Assembly: GCF_963921235.1 (NCBI RefSeq)
Contig: NC_086097.1
Coordinates: 165,108,001-165,172,000, forward strand
Direction: 5' to 3'
From: Mobula hypostoma
Lineage: Eukaryota
Length of the DNA stretch: 64,000 nt
Part shown: in pieces, positions 51,276 through 64,000 of the stretch
How the letters are laid out: the number at the start of each line of letters is the position of its first letter
Numbering within the stretch: the stretch's first letter is position 1
Notes under the pieces: model-generated
Told to the model about the DNA's origin: nothing
Database searches by the model: none
The model's input: only the letters and a program-made list of their open reading frames with translations
Translations under genes and position numbers: made by a program

Positions 51276-52248
51276 CACTAGGAATAGGGTTCCCCTGGTC
51301 CTCACCTACCACCCCACCAGCCTCTGGGTCCAACATATTATTCTCCGTAACTTCCGCCACCTCCAACGGGATCCCACCACTAAGCACATCTTTCTCTCAC
51401 CCCCCCTCTCTGCATTCCGCAGGGATCGCTCCCTACGCAACTCCCTTGTCCATTCGTCCCCCCCATCCCTCCCCACTGATCTCCCTCCTGGTACTTATCT
51501 GTGTAAGCGGAACAAGTGTTACACATACCCTTACACTTCCTCCCTTACCACCATTCAGGGCCCCAAACAGTCTTTCCAGGTGAGGCAACACTTCACCTGT
51601 GAGTCGACTGGGGTGATATACTGCGTCCGGTGCTCCCGATGTGGCCTTTTATATATTGGCGAGACCCGACGCAGACTGGGAGACCGCTTTGCTGAACATC
51701 TACGCTCTGTCCGCTAGAGAAAGCAGGATCTCCCAGTGGCCACACATTTTAATTCCACATCCCATTCCCATTCTGACATGTCTATCCACGGCCTCCTCTA
51801 CTGTAAAGATGAAGCCACACTCAGGTTGGAGGAACAACACCTTATATTCCGTCTGGGTAGCCTCCAACCTGATGGCATGAACATCGACTTCTCTAACTTC
51901 CGCTAAGGCCCCACCTCCCCCTCCCCCTCGTACCCCATCTGTTACTTATTTTTATGCACACATTCTTTCTCTCACTCTCCTTTTTCTCCCTCTGTCCCTC
52001 TGAATATACCTCTTGCCCACCCTCTGGGTCGTCCCCCCCCTCGCTCCTTGTCTTTCTTCCCGGACCTCCTGTCCCATGATCCTCTCGTATCCCCTTTTGC
52101 CTGTCCAGCTCTTGGCTCTATCCCTCCCCCTCCTGTCTTTTCCTATCATTTTGGATCTCCCCCTCCCCCTCCAACTTTCAAATCCCTTACTCACTCTTCC
52201 TTCAGTTAGTCCTGACGAAGGGTCTCGGCCTGAAATGTCGACTGCACC
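51276..52248 (+). mobile_element. Young 5'-truncated Penelope-like element (GIY-YIG endonuclease region + terminal repeat)
   Basis: [10 protein letters not shown]...[36 protein letters not shown], then a single TAG, then in frame RKQDLPVATHFN...RLEEQHLIFRLGSLQPDGMNIDFSNFR* (51906). Pyrimidine-rich UTR follows. Confidence 0.92.
52208..52243 (+). ncRNA. Minimal type I hammerhead ribozyme motif (Penelope-associated)
   Basis: AGTC-CTGACGA-agggtctcggcct-GAAA-tGTC-GACT: stem I AGUC/GACU, both core boxes, stem II and a GUC cleavage triplet. Confidence 0.7.
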
Positions 52249-54674
52249 ATTTAAAGTTGTTTTTTTTGTAAATCTTTACTTATTAAGAAAACATTGCCTA
52301 CATACTATTTTCATCTTTGCAGAATAAATCAAAAGACCTAAACAATATATACATTTAAAGTTACTTAAATATAGACACAACTAATTTGCACAAATACCAA
52401 ATTCTGTTTTAGTTATCTCAGTTGTAGGAGATGTACTGGTAAAGAAATCTGTTCACAGAATTCCAAAAGAATTATATCTAGCTAAACAAAGAAATGGCAT
52501 CTTATTGTAATATCACAACTTGAAGAAAGCATATCTAACAATATGCAACTCTGGACTCAATTATTTAAGTTTTGAGTGGAACTTGGATCTGTAATAATGC
52601 CACTTCTGAGGATTAGTTCCCTCATCATGTATTTTAGATTGGCTAGATAGTTGGTTTAGCATTAAGATAATGCCAAACAAAGCTCAACTATGTTTCATTT
52701 GAAGGTTAGGATTATAAATTTGTGATAAAATGGACTTTTTCCAGCACTCCTATATTAACTTGTATTTATCTCGTAGAATTTACATTTCATTTTATTGTGC
52801 ATTCATGTCCTGGACTAAATAGTAAGATGGTAATCTGAAATGAAAATTAAACAACAGCATTATTTATTAAAAATTTAGTGGGGAAAAACTGCCTTTGTAG
52901 TAGTATGTATTTTGACAAAATGTCTCTATCTGTCTTGCTGCTTCAAAACAAACTAGATAGTGTTTTTTTTGGTTCTTGCACCTTTTCTTTAGAATTGTGG
53001 TCTCCCTTTCATTCTCCCTACCAAAATAGAACACATCACATTTTGCAACATCAGATTTCATCTGCGACTTTAATCAGCAAGCATCAACCAATAAATATAG
53101 AGGTAGAAGAATCAATTTAGTCCAAATTAAATTGAGAAGTTGATAGCTTAAGCATGGTTTGTGAAGTAAATTGTGTGTATAAATGAAGGTGTAAACTTAG
53201 CTTCCTACTGAGTGAAATAAATGCTTCAAGGCAAGACTAATCTTAAACACTTATTCACTCTGCTTTCCATAAAAAAAAGGATAATGACATCATTTCAGTA
53301 AGTGGAATTAATGTTGTAATCTTTATGTAACGTTATTATTTAACTAGCTTGATTAAAAGTTTTGATCTGAAATGTAGAGACAGGAGAGTTTTGAGTGACT
53401 AGTATTGAGCCTGATAAACATAGCACTTAAAGCCTCAAACTCTTGAATCAATTGTGTTGCATAGGTCTTGGTGCTATGTGAGACTATACTGATGTTTTGT
53501 AACGATTGAATTATTGCAGATTTTGATCCAAAAATCCCATGTCTTATTGCTGGTGCTTTTAATATCTTAGACATGATCAGTACCTGATGTTCACCAGACC
53601 TTTGCAAATGCACCTGTATGCTTCCTAGAGGAGATTATTTACTCAGTACTAATCATGAAGTCATTATTTACTTCCACAGGCTAATGAAATTTCTATTTTT
53701 CATCAATTTTTCTCATAATTATGGCTTGTCAGTAGTCCTGTACCAAAAGTTTGCCATTCCAACAATGGTCTAATTAATTATCTGTACAGATTTTTCATTA
53801 TCTGCTTTCTTTTTCCTTTTAAATAAATGATCCCATTTGACTAATGATTTCCACTAGCTTGCAAACAATTGAAACAATTGTCCCTCCCCCAAATACTTGT
53901 AACATTTGCTTCCCCTTCTTTTTCCTGTCATCCTACTACTGAATTATCACTTTTTCTCCTTTCTAGTCTTTCTAATGAGAGACAATAAGACCATCATTAC
54001 CCCAGCTGAAAATGGTATCCCAAGGCAGTCATGGTTCAAATCAAAGGCATTCATGCTCTCTAGTCAGAATGTGAACAGCTGTGGAAGTAAATTGCATTTC
54101 TTGCAAGTGATTAACTATAACTCATGACGGTAGCTGAAGAATGATAATCAGGTTAATCAGTTCTAGGCTATAAATAGTATCCTACAATTCTTTACATTTT
54201 TGCAATTTGTAGCAGAATCCTGGAGTCAATGACCAAGCTTCCCATTTCTACCAAATTCCATCCCCATTTCAGCTCTACTTTATTCCCTCCCCACCACTGA
54301 ATTGGCAGTTTTGCCTTTAAAAAAAGTAGCAGTAACTTTCCTTATATAAATTTCTAGTTGCTGTCATTTTTGAAACAGTGCAAGTTATAATATTTTTGGT
54401 TAATAACAGGTATTAACCAGTCTCAGCATAAAACAATGCATTTTAAACATAACAAGTTTCAATTTTCTATCTGAAAATGAACAGGTCTTTAATGATTAGT
54501 TTTGAAGTTTAATTCAATAGCAAGTGCCTCAACTTGTTTAACAATGAAAGATTAACATATTCTTAAACAAGCTCTGTTTTTTACTATTTTTGAAAAAGCT
54601 ATTCAAAATTGGTTCTGACCATCTCAATTCAAATGGTTTTGATGCAAAATTAGGAAATTTAATTTTGTTTTTAG

Positions 54675-54784
54675 GTATTGCAGTTGGAGAAACAACATCT
54701 GATAAGCTTTTCACCATCACAGAAGTGGAGTGTCTAGGCGCATGTGTGAATGCACCAATGGTGCAAATTAATGACAATTATTAT
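54675..54784 (+). CDS. NDUFV2: NDUFV2 exon 6, (G)[36 protein letters not shown]
   Basis: ttttgtttttag| acceptor and |gtaagt donor. 110 nt, phase matches exon 5. [10 protein letters not shown] supplies the other two cluster cysteines. Confidence 0.98.
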
Positions 54785-55039
54785 GTAAGTATTACACATC
54801 TTTCACCATTTTAGATATTCATGTGATGATAAAAATGAAGACCATGCATATTATTCAGATTGTACAAATACAAATCAGATGTTAAAGGCAGGAAGTAAGT
54901 GCCTCCCTTAGAACCACAAGAGCAAACATTTCAAAGTAAACCTAAGATTATTAAAGTCCAATATTCATACCAAATCATTAACAGCATTGATCATCTCTCA
55001 CTGAACCTTGTGGTACACCAATGCTCAGATTTTCAATAT

Positions 55040-55700
55040 AAAATATCCTTCCAATATCACTGTCTTAGTCCTATCATCAAGCCAATTTGTAGTCCAATTT
55101 ATGAAGTTGCCTTGAATCCTATAGGCTAGTCTTTTGATCCATCTCACACGTGGCCTTGTCATAGACCTTACTGAAATCAGTGTTAGCTACATTAACTGCA
55201 ATGCCCTCAGCAACATAATTATTACCTCTTCCAAAAATTCATTTCAAATTGATCATACAGAATCTCCCGCTAATTAGGTGCTGTTAACCAACTGAAATCC
55301 CTGCTTTTAAACTGTAGAGTAATCCTGTTCTTCGGTTCCTTCCCCACCCCCCCCCCAATAATTTCCCTAAACACATAAATCAGTAATTATCTGGGTTATC
55401 TCTATTGGTTTTCTTGAATAAATTCACCACATTTGTGGCCTTCCAGTCATCCTGTAGCTCAACTGTAAGCAGTGAAAATTTAAAGATCTATTGCAAGGCC
55501 CTAGCAATTTTCTCCCTTGCCTCCCATAGCAGCCTCGGATGCATTTTAGAAAAAATCAGGTTTCAATCACTGGCATAAGTGATATCACATCAGGTTGTGG
55601 TGATTTATCTGCTTTTAAGCCTGCTAATATATCTAAACCTTAACATCATATTTCAAGATGTCATTGTTCCTATACTCAAATTCTCGGAAAAACAATGCTG
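55040..55700 (-). mobile_element. Highly decayed CR1 remnant
   Basis: Patchy similarity to 34000-34560 and 43700-44250 ('ggccttgtcatagaccttactgaaatc', 'cttgcctcccatagcagcct'). Confidence 0.5.
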
Positions 55701-56199
55701 AGTAAATCCAGATTAAGTATTCATTTAAGACATTGCTTTAATGAAATAAAAATTATGTCCATCAGCCATTGTCATTAATTCTACTTGTTGGCTACATGAA
55801 AGTCAAGACACAAAAGCTGACTTCCAAATTGATGACACCTTGATTTAACAGAATTTGAGATGGATGCGTCCAGCTGAGGTTCTGGATATAAGTCTTTGCA
55901 GTGGGGCTTGAACGCCCTAGCTTTCTAACTAATATTAACCAACATAGTAATAATTTATAACTAAATTACAACAAGCTTCTCGAAAGATTGCACAAACACT
56001 TGACTGTTCTTTACTTGCTTCTCAGAATATAATCCCTTGAGCATCCAGTAGTTCTCTTGTATTATTTTCATCTAATGCTATGTAGTTTCTCATTTTCAGC
56101 TTTAATACCACGTATTTCCTCTAACAATAGTGTATAATTTATATTTATATATTAAATATAACTAATGGTATTTAGTGATCTTAATAATTTGCATTATAG

Positions 56200-56276
56200 G
56201 AGGACTTAACACCAAAAGACATGGAGGAAATAATTGATGAATTAAAGGCAGGCAAGATTCCCAAACCTGGCCCAAG
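56200..56276 (+). CDS. NDUFV2: NDUFV2 exon 7, EDLTPKDMEEIIDELKAGKIPKPGP(R)
   Basis: attatag| acceptor and |gtaaat donor. 77 nt. Conserved EDLT..D.EEIIDELKAGKIPKPGPR. Confidence 0.97.
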
Positions 56277-56496
56277 GTAAATAGAATGTTAAGTTATGTA
56301 GTAAAATGCAATATTTAAAAGCTACTTACATTTGGAAGATTGTTATTGTGCATTATTTATTAAAACACTTCATATGAACCTCTGTGCTTGTTTCCCCTTA
56401 TAATTTTAGTTAGACTAGTCCCTTTAAGAACCTGTGTTTTAGCATCAGCAAACAAGATCGTGGCTTTCATGTGCATCACAGATGGATTTATGATCT

Positions 56497-57225
56497 TAGA
56501 CCATAAGACATAGGGGCAGAATTAGACAATTTGGCCCATCAAGTTTACTCTGACATTCAATCATGGCTGGTTTATTTTCCTCCCTTCAACCCCATTCTCA
56601 TGCCTTCTCCCCTTGGCCTTTGTTATTCCTACTAATCGAGAATCTGTTCATCTTCAGTTTAAACATACTCAGTGGCTCGGCCTCCACGGCCATCTTTGGT
56701 AATAAATTCCACAGATTCACCACCTACTGGCTAAAGAAATCCCTCTGCATCTCTTAATAGAATATCTTTTTATTCTAAGGCTGTGCCCTCTTGTCCGAGA
56801 CATTCTACACAGCCACTCTATCATGCGCTTTCAATACTTGGTAGGTTTCAATGAGATCCCCCCTCCCCCTTCTGAAATCCAGCACATACAGACCCAGAGC
56901 CATTAAACACTTCTCATACACTAAGCCTTTAATTTCCAGATTCATTCTCATAAACCTCTCTAGACCCTCTCCAATGCCAGCACATCCTTTCATCGAAATG
57001 GGGGCCCAAAACCTCGCAATACTCCAAATGCAGTCTGACCCAGTGCCTTATACAGCTTCAGCATTACATCTGTGTGTTTATATTCTAGTCCTCTGGAAAT
57101 GCATTTCATTGCATTTGCCTTCCTATCTACTGATTCAACTTGCAAGTTAACCTTCAGCAAATCCTACACTACGACTCGCAAGTCCCTTTGCACTGCCAAT
57201 TTCTGTATTCGCTCCTTGTTTAGGA
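56497..57225 (-). mobile_element. CR1 LINE 3' end
   Basis: Reverse complement of the CR1 tail ('tagaccataagacatagg'). ORF 56805-56993 (-) reads LGLYVLDFRRGRGDLIETYQVLK. Confidence 0.85.
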
Positions 57226-58261
57226 ATAAGGTTTAGACTATAGTGGATTCCAGTTTTTTTTCTTTCTTAATCCACCTTGATAGGTCAGACTTGAAACAAA
57301 AGTCTAGTTTGAAATCAGCACATTTTTGGGTGGGTCAAAATGTTATTTCAAGGTCTGGATGTTTTAATTCCTGGACTCAATTGAATGCCATTGGTTAGCC
57401 AAAATAGCTCAGTCAGAAGCTACCAGCCAGTGTTAAATACAAGGTTGCTGGAAAGTAAGTGAAATGTAGACTAGAATCTAAAGCAGAAACTTTCCTTGTG
57501 GGTACTAGTAAAGGTTGCGTACTGCGCTAGTAACAATCTGCCCTTTTAAAGAAATGAATTAAAAGCTCTTACAGTGTGCTCAAATACAAACAACTTAAGT
57601 TGAAGGTAAGTAAAGCATATGTTTGAGCACACAGCATATAATAAATTCAACAAAAATAGTATAGAGAAACAGAAAAATGGCACAAAGTGCAAGATTCAAT
57701 ATAAAGAAATGGATACAAGTTGTGCATATCAATCTCATTTACAAAGAGGTAGAAGTCTTCATTGACAGAATTAATTATACCCACCCTTCGTAAATTATAG
57801 TTGTCAATATGTAGCCTTTTAAAGCTATCTTGATGTATAAGGGCACACAAATATAATGTCTAGGTTCTCATCTCCATTGATCTTAAACCTTGCTCCTCTT
57901 GCACTTATCAAAAACGGAGAGATTTATGGATTAGCATGTCATTAAAACAACGCCAATGTAGCTGTGTTAGTTCTTCTCTCCTTTCATCCTATTTCTTTCT
58001 TGCACTAGCATCTTCATTCCTTATATGCCACTTCCTTCGTTCAGTTTCCATCATCTGCTTCCTCAAATTTCCAAATTTCTGTAATTTCTAACTCCATTGT
58101 TATAAGGTTTCTCAAAAGTTCCAGCTATTTTCCCATTAAATCTACTATCAACATTCTCTTCAAGTCCCACCAGTTCTTCATTTTCAACCTTACTGAAGTT
58201 TCATGTTTGAATCTGACTTTGTTCCTGCCATAAAACTGAAAAGCTGTAATTTTTTTTTAAA

Positions 58262-59670
58262 CTTAAGTTTGAAGTTTATTGTCATCTGACTGTACATGTA
58301 TACAACCAAATGAAATATTTCTCCAGACCATGGTACACCCACAAAACATGTATAACGACAAATATGTTAATAAAATGTAATTCAAAGTGCATGTAGTGCA
58401 CAGCATCGGTAAACAGCTCACTGTCCTAGTGTTGAGACCTTGCTGGTGGCAGGACTTTATTAGTCTCTCAGCGTGAGGGAAGAAGCTGTTACCCAGTCTG
58501 GTAGTCCTAGTCCTCTACCTCCACCCTGATGGTAGTGGGTCAAAGAGATTGTGGGATGAGTGGTAGGGATCCTCAACAATGCTTCTGGCCCTTCGTATAT
58601 AAGTGTCACAATTATGGGGAGGGAGACTCTCAGCTGTTTTACTATCGTCTGTAGGGTCTTGTGGTCCAATATCTTATAGCTTCCAGACCATGCATGAGGC
58701 AACCAAACTGGACCTAATAGTGCTCCTGTAGATAGTTGTTATAATGGAGAGCTTTACATACATTAACCTCCTCAAAAAGTGTAGATACTACTGTACCTTC
58801 TTGACTAATGTGATGGTGTTGTGGGTCCAGGTTAGATCGTCCATTACTTGTGCACTAAGGAACTTTGTGCTCTTCACTCTCTCCACAGCAGAGCCATTGA
58901 TATGCAATGGAGTGCACTCAACCTGTGTCTTCCTGAAGTCCACAGTCATCTTTTGTCCTTGTTGAGACTTGGGTTGTTGTTCTCATACCTCTTGACAAGC
59001 CTCTCTACCTCCTCCTTGTATGCCAACTTATCATTGTTGTTGATGAGGCCAAACACTGTTGTATCATCAGTGAACTTAATGCGGTTTGAGCTGGATCTGG
59101 CAATGCTGTCATGAGTCAGCAGTGTGAACAGCAGCAGGCTTAAGCACATAGCCCAGGGGGAGGAGACACCAGTGATCAGCATGATGGAGCTTGAAATGCT
59201 GCTGCCAACTCAGACTGACTGGGGTCTTTCCATCGAGAAGTCCAAGATCCATTTACAGAGAGAGGTGTTGAGTCCCAACAAGGACTATTTAGCCTCCAGT
59301 CCCTAAAGGCTGATCATGTTAAACACTGAGCTTAAGTCGAACAACAACCTGGCGTATGAAGCATTGTTTTCCAGGTGGGGCAGTAACGAGTGGAGGATCA
59401 AGGCTATGGCATCATCAGTGCACTGGTTTGAGTGGTAAGCAACCTGGAAAGGGTCCATTGTAGCTTGAAGGTGGGATTTTATATAATACATTATCAGCCG
59501 CTCAAAGCACTTCATGATTGTTGAGGTCAGTGCCACTGGTGGTAATCGTTTAGGCCAGTTATTGTCTCGCTCTCTCTTGGGCACCAGAATGATGGTGGCT
59601 ACCTTGAAGCCTGCAGGAACAATGGTCTGTTGCAAAGGGATATTAAAGATGTCCGTTACGATTTGGTGAC
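58262..59670 (-). mobile_element. Rex1/Babar-like LINE RT remnant
   Basis: [24 protein letters not shown] and IKFTDDTTVFGLINNND motifs. Confidence 0.85.
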
Positions 59671-59839
59671 ATGATTGATTACAGAATTCAACACCTTTCC
59701 CACATCGTGCCACTAGATATTCCACCCACAAATATTCACTATTATTTGTCCAATCTCTACAAGAAGCATCTGTAGTGGACTCTTTCCCTCGTTTTATATT
59801 TTGCACTACTACAGCTGGAGTGACTCAACATCTAACACT

Positions 59840-61470
59840 TGGTACTTCAAGTCACTTTTATTGTCATTTCGACCATAACTGCTGGTACAGTACACAGTAA
59901 AAATGAGATGACGTTTTTCAGGACCCTGGTGCTACATGGACAATACAAAAACGACACTGAACTACATAAAATAACAACACAAAACTACACTAGACTACAG
60001 ACCTACCCAGGACTGCATAAACTGCACAAAACAGTGCAGGCATTACAATAAATAATAAACAAGACAATAGGCACAGTAGAGGGCAGTAGGTTGGTGTCAG
60101 TCCAGGCTCTGGGTACTGAGGAGTCTGATGACTTGGGGGAAGAAACTGTTACATAGTCTGGTCGTGAGAGCCCAAATACTTCAGTGCCTTTTGCCAGATG
60201 GCAGGATGGAGAAGAGTTCGTATGAGGTGTGTGTGGGGTCCTTCATAATGCTGTTTGCTTTACGGATGCAGCATGTGGTGTATATGTCTATAATGGTGGG
60301 AAGAGAGACCCCAGTGATGATCTCAGCTGACCTCACTATCCGCTGCAGGGTCTTGCGATCCGAGATGGTGTAATTTCCGACCCAGGCAGTGATGCAGCTA
60401 CTCAGGATGCTCTCAATACAACCTCTGTAGAATGTGGTGAGGATGGGGGAGATGGACTTTTCTCAGCCTTCGCAGAAAGTAGAGATGCTGCTGGGCCTTC
60501 TTTGCTATGGAGCTGGTGTTGAGGGACCAAGTGAGATTCTCTGTCAGGTGAATACCAAGAAATTTGGTTCTCTTTAACGATCTCAATGGAGGAGTCGATG
60601 TTCAGCGAAGAGTGGTTGTTCCGTGTCCTCCTGAATTCAACAACCATCTCTTTTGTTTTGTTCACATTCAGAGACAGGTTGTTGGCTCTACACCAGTCCA
60701 TTAGCTGCTGCATTTCCTCTCTGTATGCTGATTCATCATTCTTATTGATGAGACCCACCACAGTTGTGTCATCAGTGAACTTGATGATGTGGTTCGAGCT
60801 GTGTGTTGCAGCACAGTCGTGGGTCAGCAGAGTGAACAGCCGTGGACTGAGCACACAGCCCTGGGGGGGGCCTCCGTGCTCAGTGTGATGGTATTGGAGA
60901 TGCTATTTCCAATCTGGACTGACTGAGGTCTCCCAGTCAGGAAGTCTAGGATCTAGTTGCAGAGGTTGGTGTACAAGCCCAGTAGGCTCAGCTTTTCAAT
61001 CAGTTTTTGAGGAATGATAGTGTTGAATGCTGAACTTAAGTCTATGAACAGCATTCAAACATACATGTCTTTTTTGTCAAGGTGGGTTAGGGCCAGGTGG
61101 AGGGTGATGGCAATGGCGTCGTCTGTTGAATGGTTGGGACAGTACGCAAACTGCAGGGGCCCAGTGAGGGGGACAGCATAACTAGTGCCTCATAACTAGC
61201 CTCTCGAAACACTTCATGATGGATGAGTGCGACGGGACGGTAGTCGTTGAGGCAGGACACTGAGGACTTCTTCGGCACAGGGACAATGGTGGTGGCCGTG
61301 AAGCACATAGGAACGACGGCGCTGCTCAGGGAGATGTTGAAGATGTCAGTGAGAATCTCAGCTAGCTGGTCTGCACATCCTCTAAGCACTCTGCCAGGAA
61401 TATTGTCTGGTCCAGCAGCCTTCTGTGAGTTGACCCTGCACAGAGTTCTCCTCACATCGGCCACGGTACA
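59840..61470 (-). mobile_element. Rex1/Babar-like LINE 3' half
   Basis: [30 protein letters not shown] and [13 protein letters not shown]...[14 protein letters not shown] motifs. The 3' end is near 59840. Confidence 0.9.
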
Positions 61471-62149
61471 ACACAGTATCCTTGGTACAATCTTTGGTAC
61501 TTTCTGGTCTCTCAGCAGCTTCATCCAAAAAGTGTTTCACAGGAACACTATCTCACCCAGCTCTGGCATGCATATTCAATTCTCAATTTGAATGGAGTTC
61601 TTTTGAAGCTGCTTATTTGACATCCATCACTGGATCAACAGAAATTTCTACCTAAATAATGGAAAGCTGTGTCTTAACACTAAACCACAAACTGTTCTCT
61701 GGGCTCCAAGAGGAAGAACCTGGCTAGAGGCTACCATGACTTTAATCATTTCTTGATTAAAGACTGCTCAGCTCCATCTCATTAATGTTACTCAATTGTA
61801 GCACTGCTTAAATTCTTACAGATTTTTGGTACTTCTAGGCTTGATGATTCCAAAGTCCTTCCATCTGGGCTCCCATTCTCTACTTATTGTAAATTTGTTC
61901 TCCAACTCAATTACCCATATTATAACTAACAAAAGTTCTAGCCACCAAATATTTGCTGTCTCTGAGCTCCTCTGGGAATTCTCTTCACATCCTTCTAGAT
62001 GTTTAGTACTTTGACCAATCGTTTAGATACCTGCTGTCACGTGACTGTTAAATTTTGTCTAGCAGATCTGTACTTTAAAGCATGCAGTTAGAGATGTTCA
62101 GAAAAAAAATCCCTTTTCACACTTAAGCTTTAAGAGGGCTCCGTATTGA

Positions 62150-62362
<213 letters not shown>

Positions 62363-62426
62363 CTAATGTAGCTGGTAATGTCTTGAACTGATGGTGTCTC
62401 AGTATCTGCACAAACAAAATGTATAT

Positions 62427-62432
62427 AATAAA
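62427..62432 (+). terminator. Probable NDUFV2 polyadenylation signal
   Basis: AATAAA 65 nt after the stop codon, followed by T-rich sequence. Confidence 0.7.
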
Positions 62433-63002
62433 ATGTTTTTTCTCATACTATAATCCTGAACTCAATTCTTTTGTCCTATATTATTGAATATATAAACTGG
62501 CTTTTATTCATGATGCTACCCCGGCTGCTCCCCTCCCACTTTGTACTACAACATTTAATACACATGGAAAGCTACTCATTATCTTCCTATATATTTGTAG
62601 CATGCCACACAGGAAAGTACTTATGCCATTTCTACACCCCCCATGATGTTCTGATGGAACAGATCAACCATTTTCAGACATTTAGTTCAGCCAATGAATT
62701 AGCTGTTCAGCACCCCCCCCACCTTCAATGAAATCTTATAAAATTAGAATTCCATAGTTAGATTTTTATAACTCATACCTGAAGACAGTGTACATGTACC
62801 TAATTTTGGTACAATGTTTAGTTCAAGAGGATGAACATTTGGCATTAATCAATAGATACGTTCTGAATTAGTTCTTCTATTAGGCATCCCGTAATCCACC
62901 CTACACCACTATGTATTCTCCTGAATATCAGATAGTAATCTGTATACTTTGATAAAGACATAAAAAGGATGATGAAGAGTTCCCTTCATCTTTGAAACTG
63001 AC

Positions 63003-63215
63003 ATTTTATTTTTTTGTAATTTTTTATTGAAGTTCATCAAACATTTCCATAAGATGTATTTGAGATATTGTACATATATATCATAGTCATATATGCCACA
63101 AATCTCCACATAATATCTAAGGTATACACTTACAGAAGAGAGGAAAGAAAGAACAAGCAAAATGAGAAAACTATGTACAAGTAGGGAGTGATTTTTTTTT
63201 ACAACATATTCAACA
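63003..63215 (-). mobile_element. Possible L1-type 3' UTR fragment with A-rich tail
   Basis: T-rich start 'ttttatttttttgtaatttttttattg' (AATAAA plus A tail on the minus strand), similar in organisation to 46832-46960. No coding remnant. Confidence 0.4.
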
Positions 63216-64000
63216 TTAGAAAGTAAGGAAGCTACATATCCAGAAATCAGTAAATTCATTTCACAAGGAATGGATGCCATTTTGCGCAAATGAAAGCTGA
63301 AAGATAAAACATAGCACGGCACTACACTGTCTCTGATGCCAAAGATAACTCAAATGGACCCTAATCCCCTACCACAGCCTTTTAAATGAGTGCAAATCAG
63401 AATTAAATCAATGAACAAAAATTACAGTATATACACATGCTTTGTTAAAAATAATTTGTAGTTTTCAGTTCAGTACTTAATCTAAAAAAACTTGTACAAA
63501 GTTGGTTTTATTACTAGAATGTGCTTGTCCGTCCCTTGTTACTCTTGGTGTAGTGATCCACTTAAAACTACTGCAGTCACTGATATAGCTATTTTAAAAT
63601 AGAAATTCACTCATTATTAGCTGCTTAAGATGAACAAATATTTAAGCGCAGTCACAATGACGTGCACCTTGGTGATGGTATTGCCATATGTCACCTGCAG
63701 TTGTTCTTCCAAACAGTGAAATGTATATCCAGATGGTGGATGCTTTGAGTTTTTAAATAAAAGACCTCGGGTAATGGTTTAAATGGAGCCACAGAACACT
63801 GGTGACAGATAGCTGTCAAACATTTTCTTAGTGGATGATGCAGAGATGAGGGTTTATAGCTTCCTTATCACACAAGCCACAGGCTTTCACCAGAAAGCCT
63901 GTGAACTCCAGCAGCTAAAGTACAGCTGTTACATTGATGTAGTTAATGGAAAGTCTTGCAGTAATGGTTTAGCGTCAATGTAAGTAACAGCTCTGAATAT

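Noticed and set aside
50959..51717. 252-aa ORF as a standalone or bacterial nuoE-like gene
   Set aside because: It is exon 5 (canonical AG/GT boundaries) plus intron and Penelope sequence. The ATG lies in the intron upstream of the acceptor.
51001..54680. AG|GT at the starts of exons 5 (gttgct) and 6 (gtattg) as recursive splice sites
   Set aside because: Poor match to the GTRAG donor consensus, and explained by conserved Val and Gly codons.

Overview
Eukaryotic (vertebrate) genomic DNA. The repeat landscape (tRNA-headed V-type SINEs, abundant CR1, Rex1/Babar and Penelope elements) suggests a cartilaginous fish, probably a ray; this is an inference. The window holds one protein-coding gene on the + strand: NDUFV2, the 24-kDa [2Fe-2S] subunit of mitochondrial complex I. 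Exons 2-8 are at 9063-9131, 13511-13573, 21006-21122, 51004-51172, 54675-54784, 56200-56276 and 62269-62362. They total 699 nt, have GT-AG introns throughout, keep an intact frame, and are followed by AATAAA at 62427. Exon 1 is not recognisable and probably lies upstream. Most remaining sequence is decayed, often nested transposable elements, especially the ~30-kb intron 4. Items worth a second look: (1) Penelope-borne minimal hammerhead ribozyme motifs on the sense strand of the introns; (2) an open frame running from exon 5 into a Penelope GIY-YIG endonuclease fragment; (3) a local duplication of a multi-element block that ends exactly at a CR1 3' tail, possibly a 5' transduction; (4) an L1-clade insertion with a twin-priming inversion; (5) an AG|GTAAGA recursive-splice-like site at exon 2; (6) a self-nested Tigger-like element and several long hairpins. 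I see no convincing evidence of a wholly new biological system. Repeat boundaries and family names were assigned by eye and are approximate unless TSDs or TIRs are quoted.
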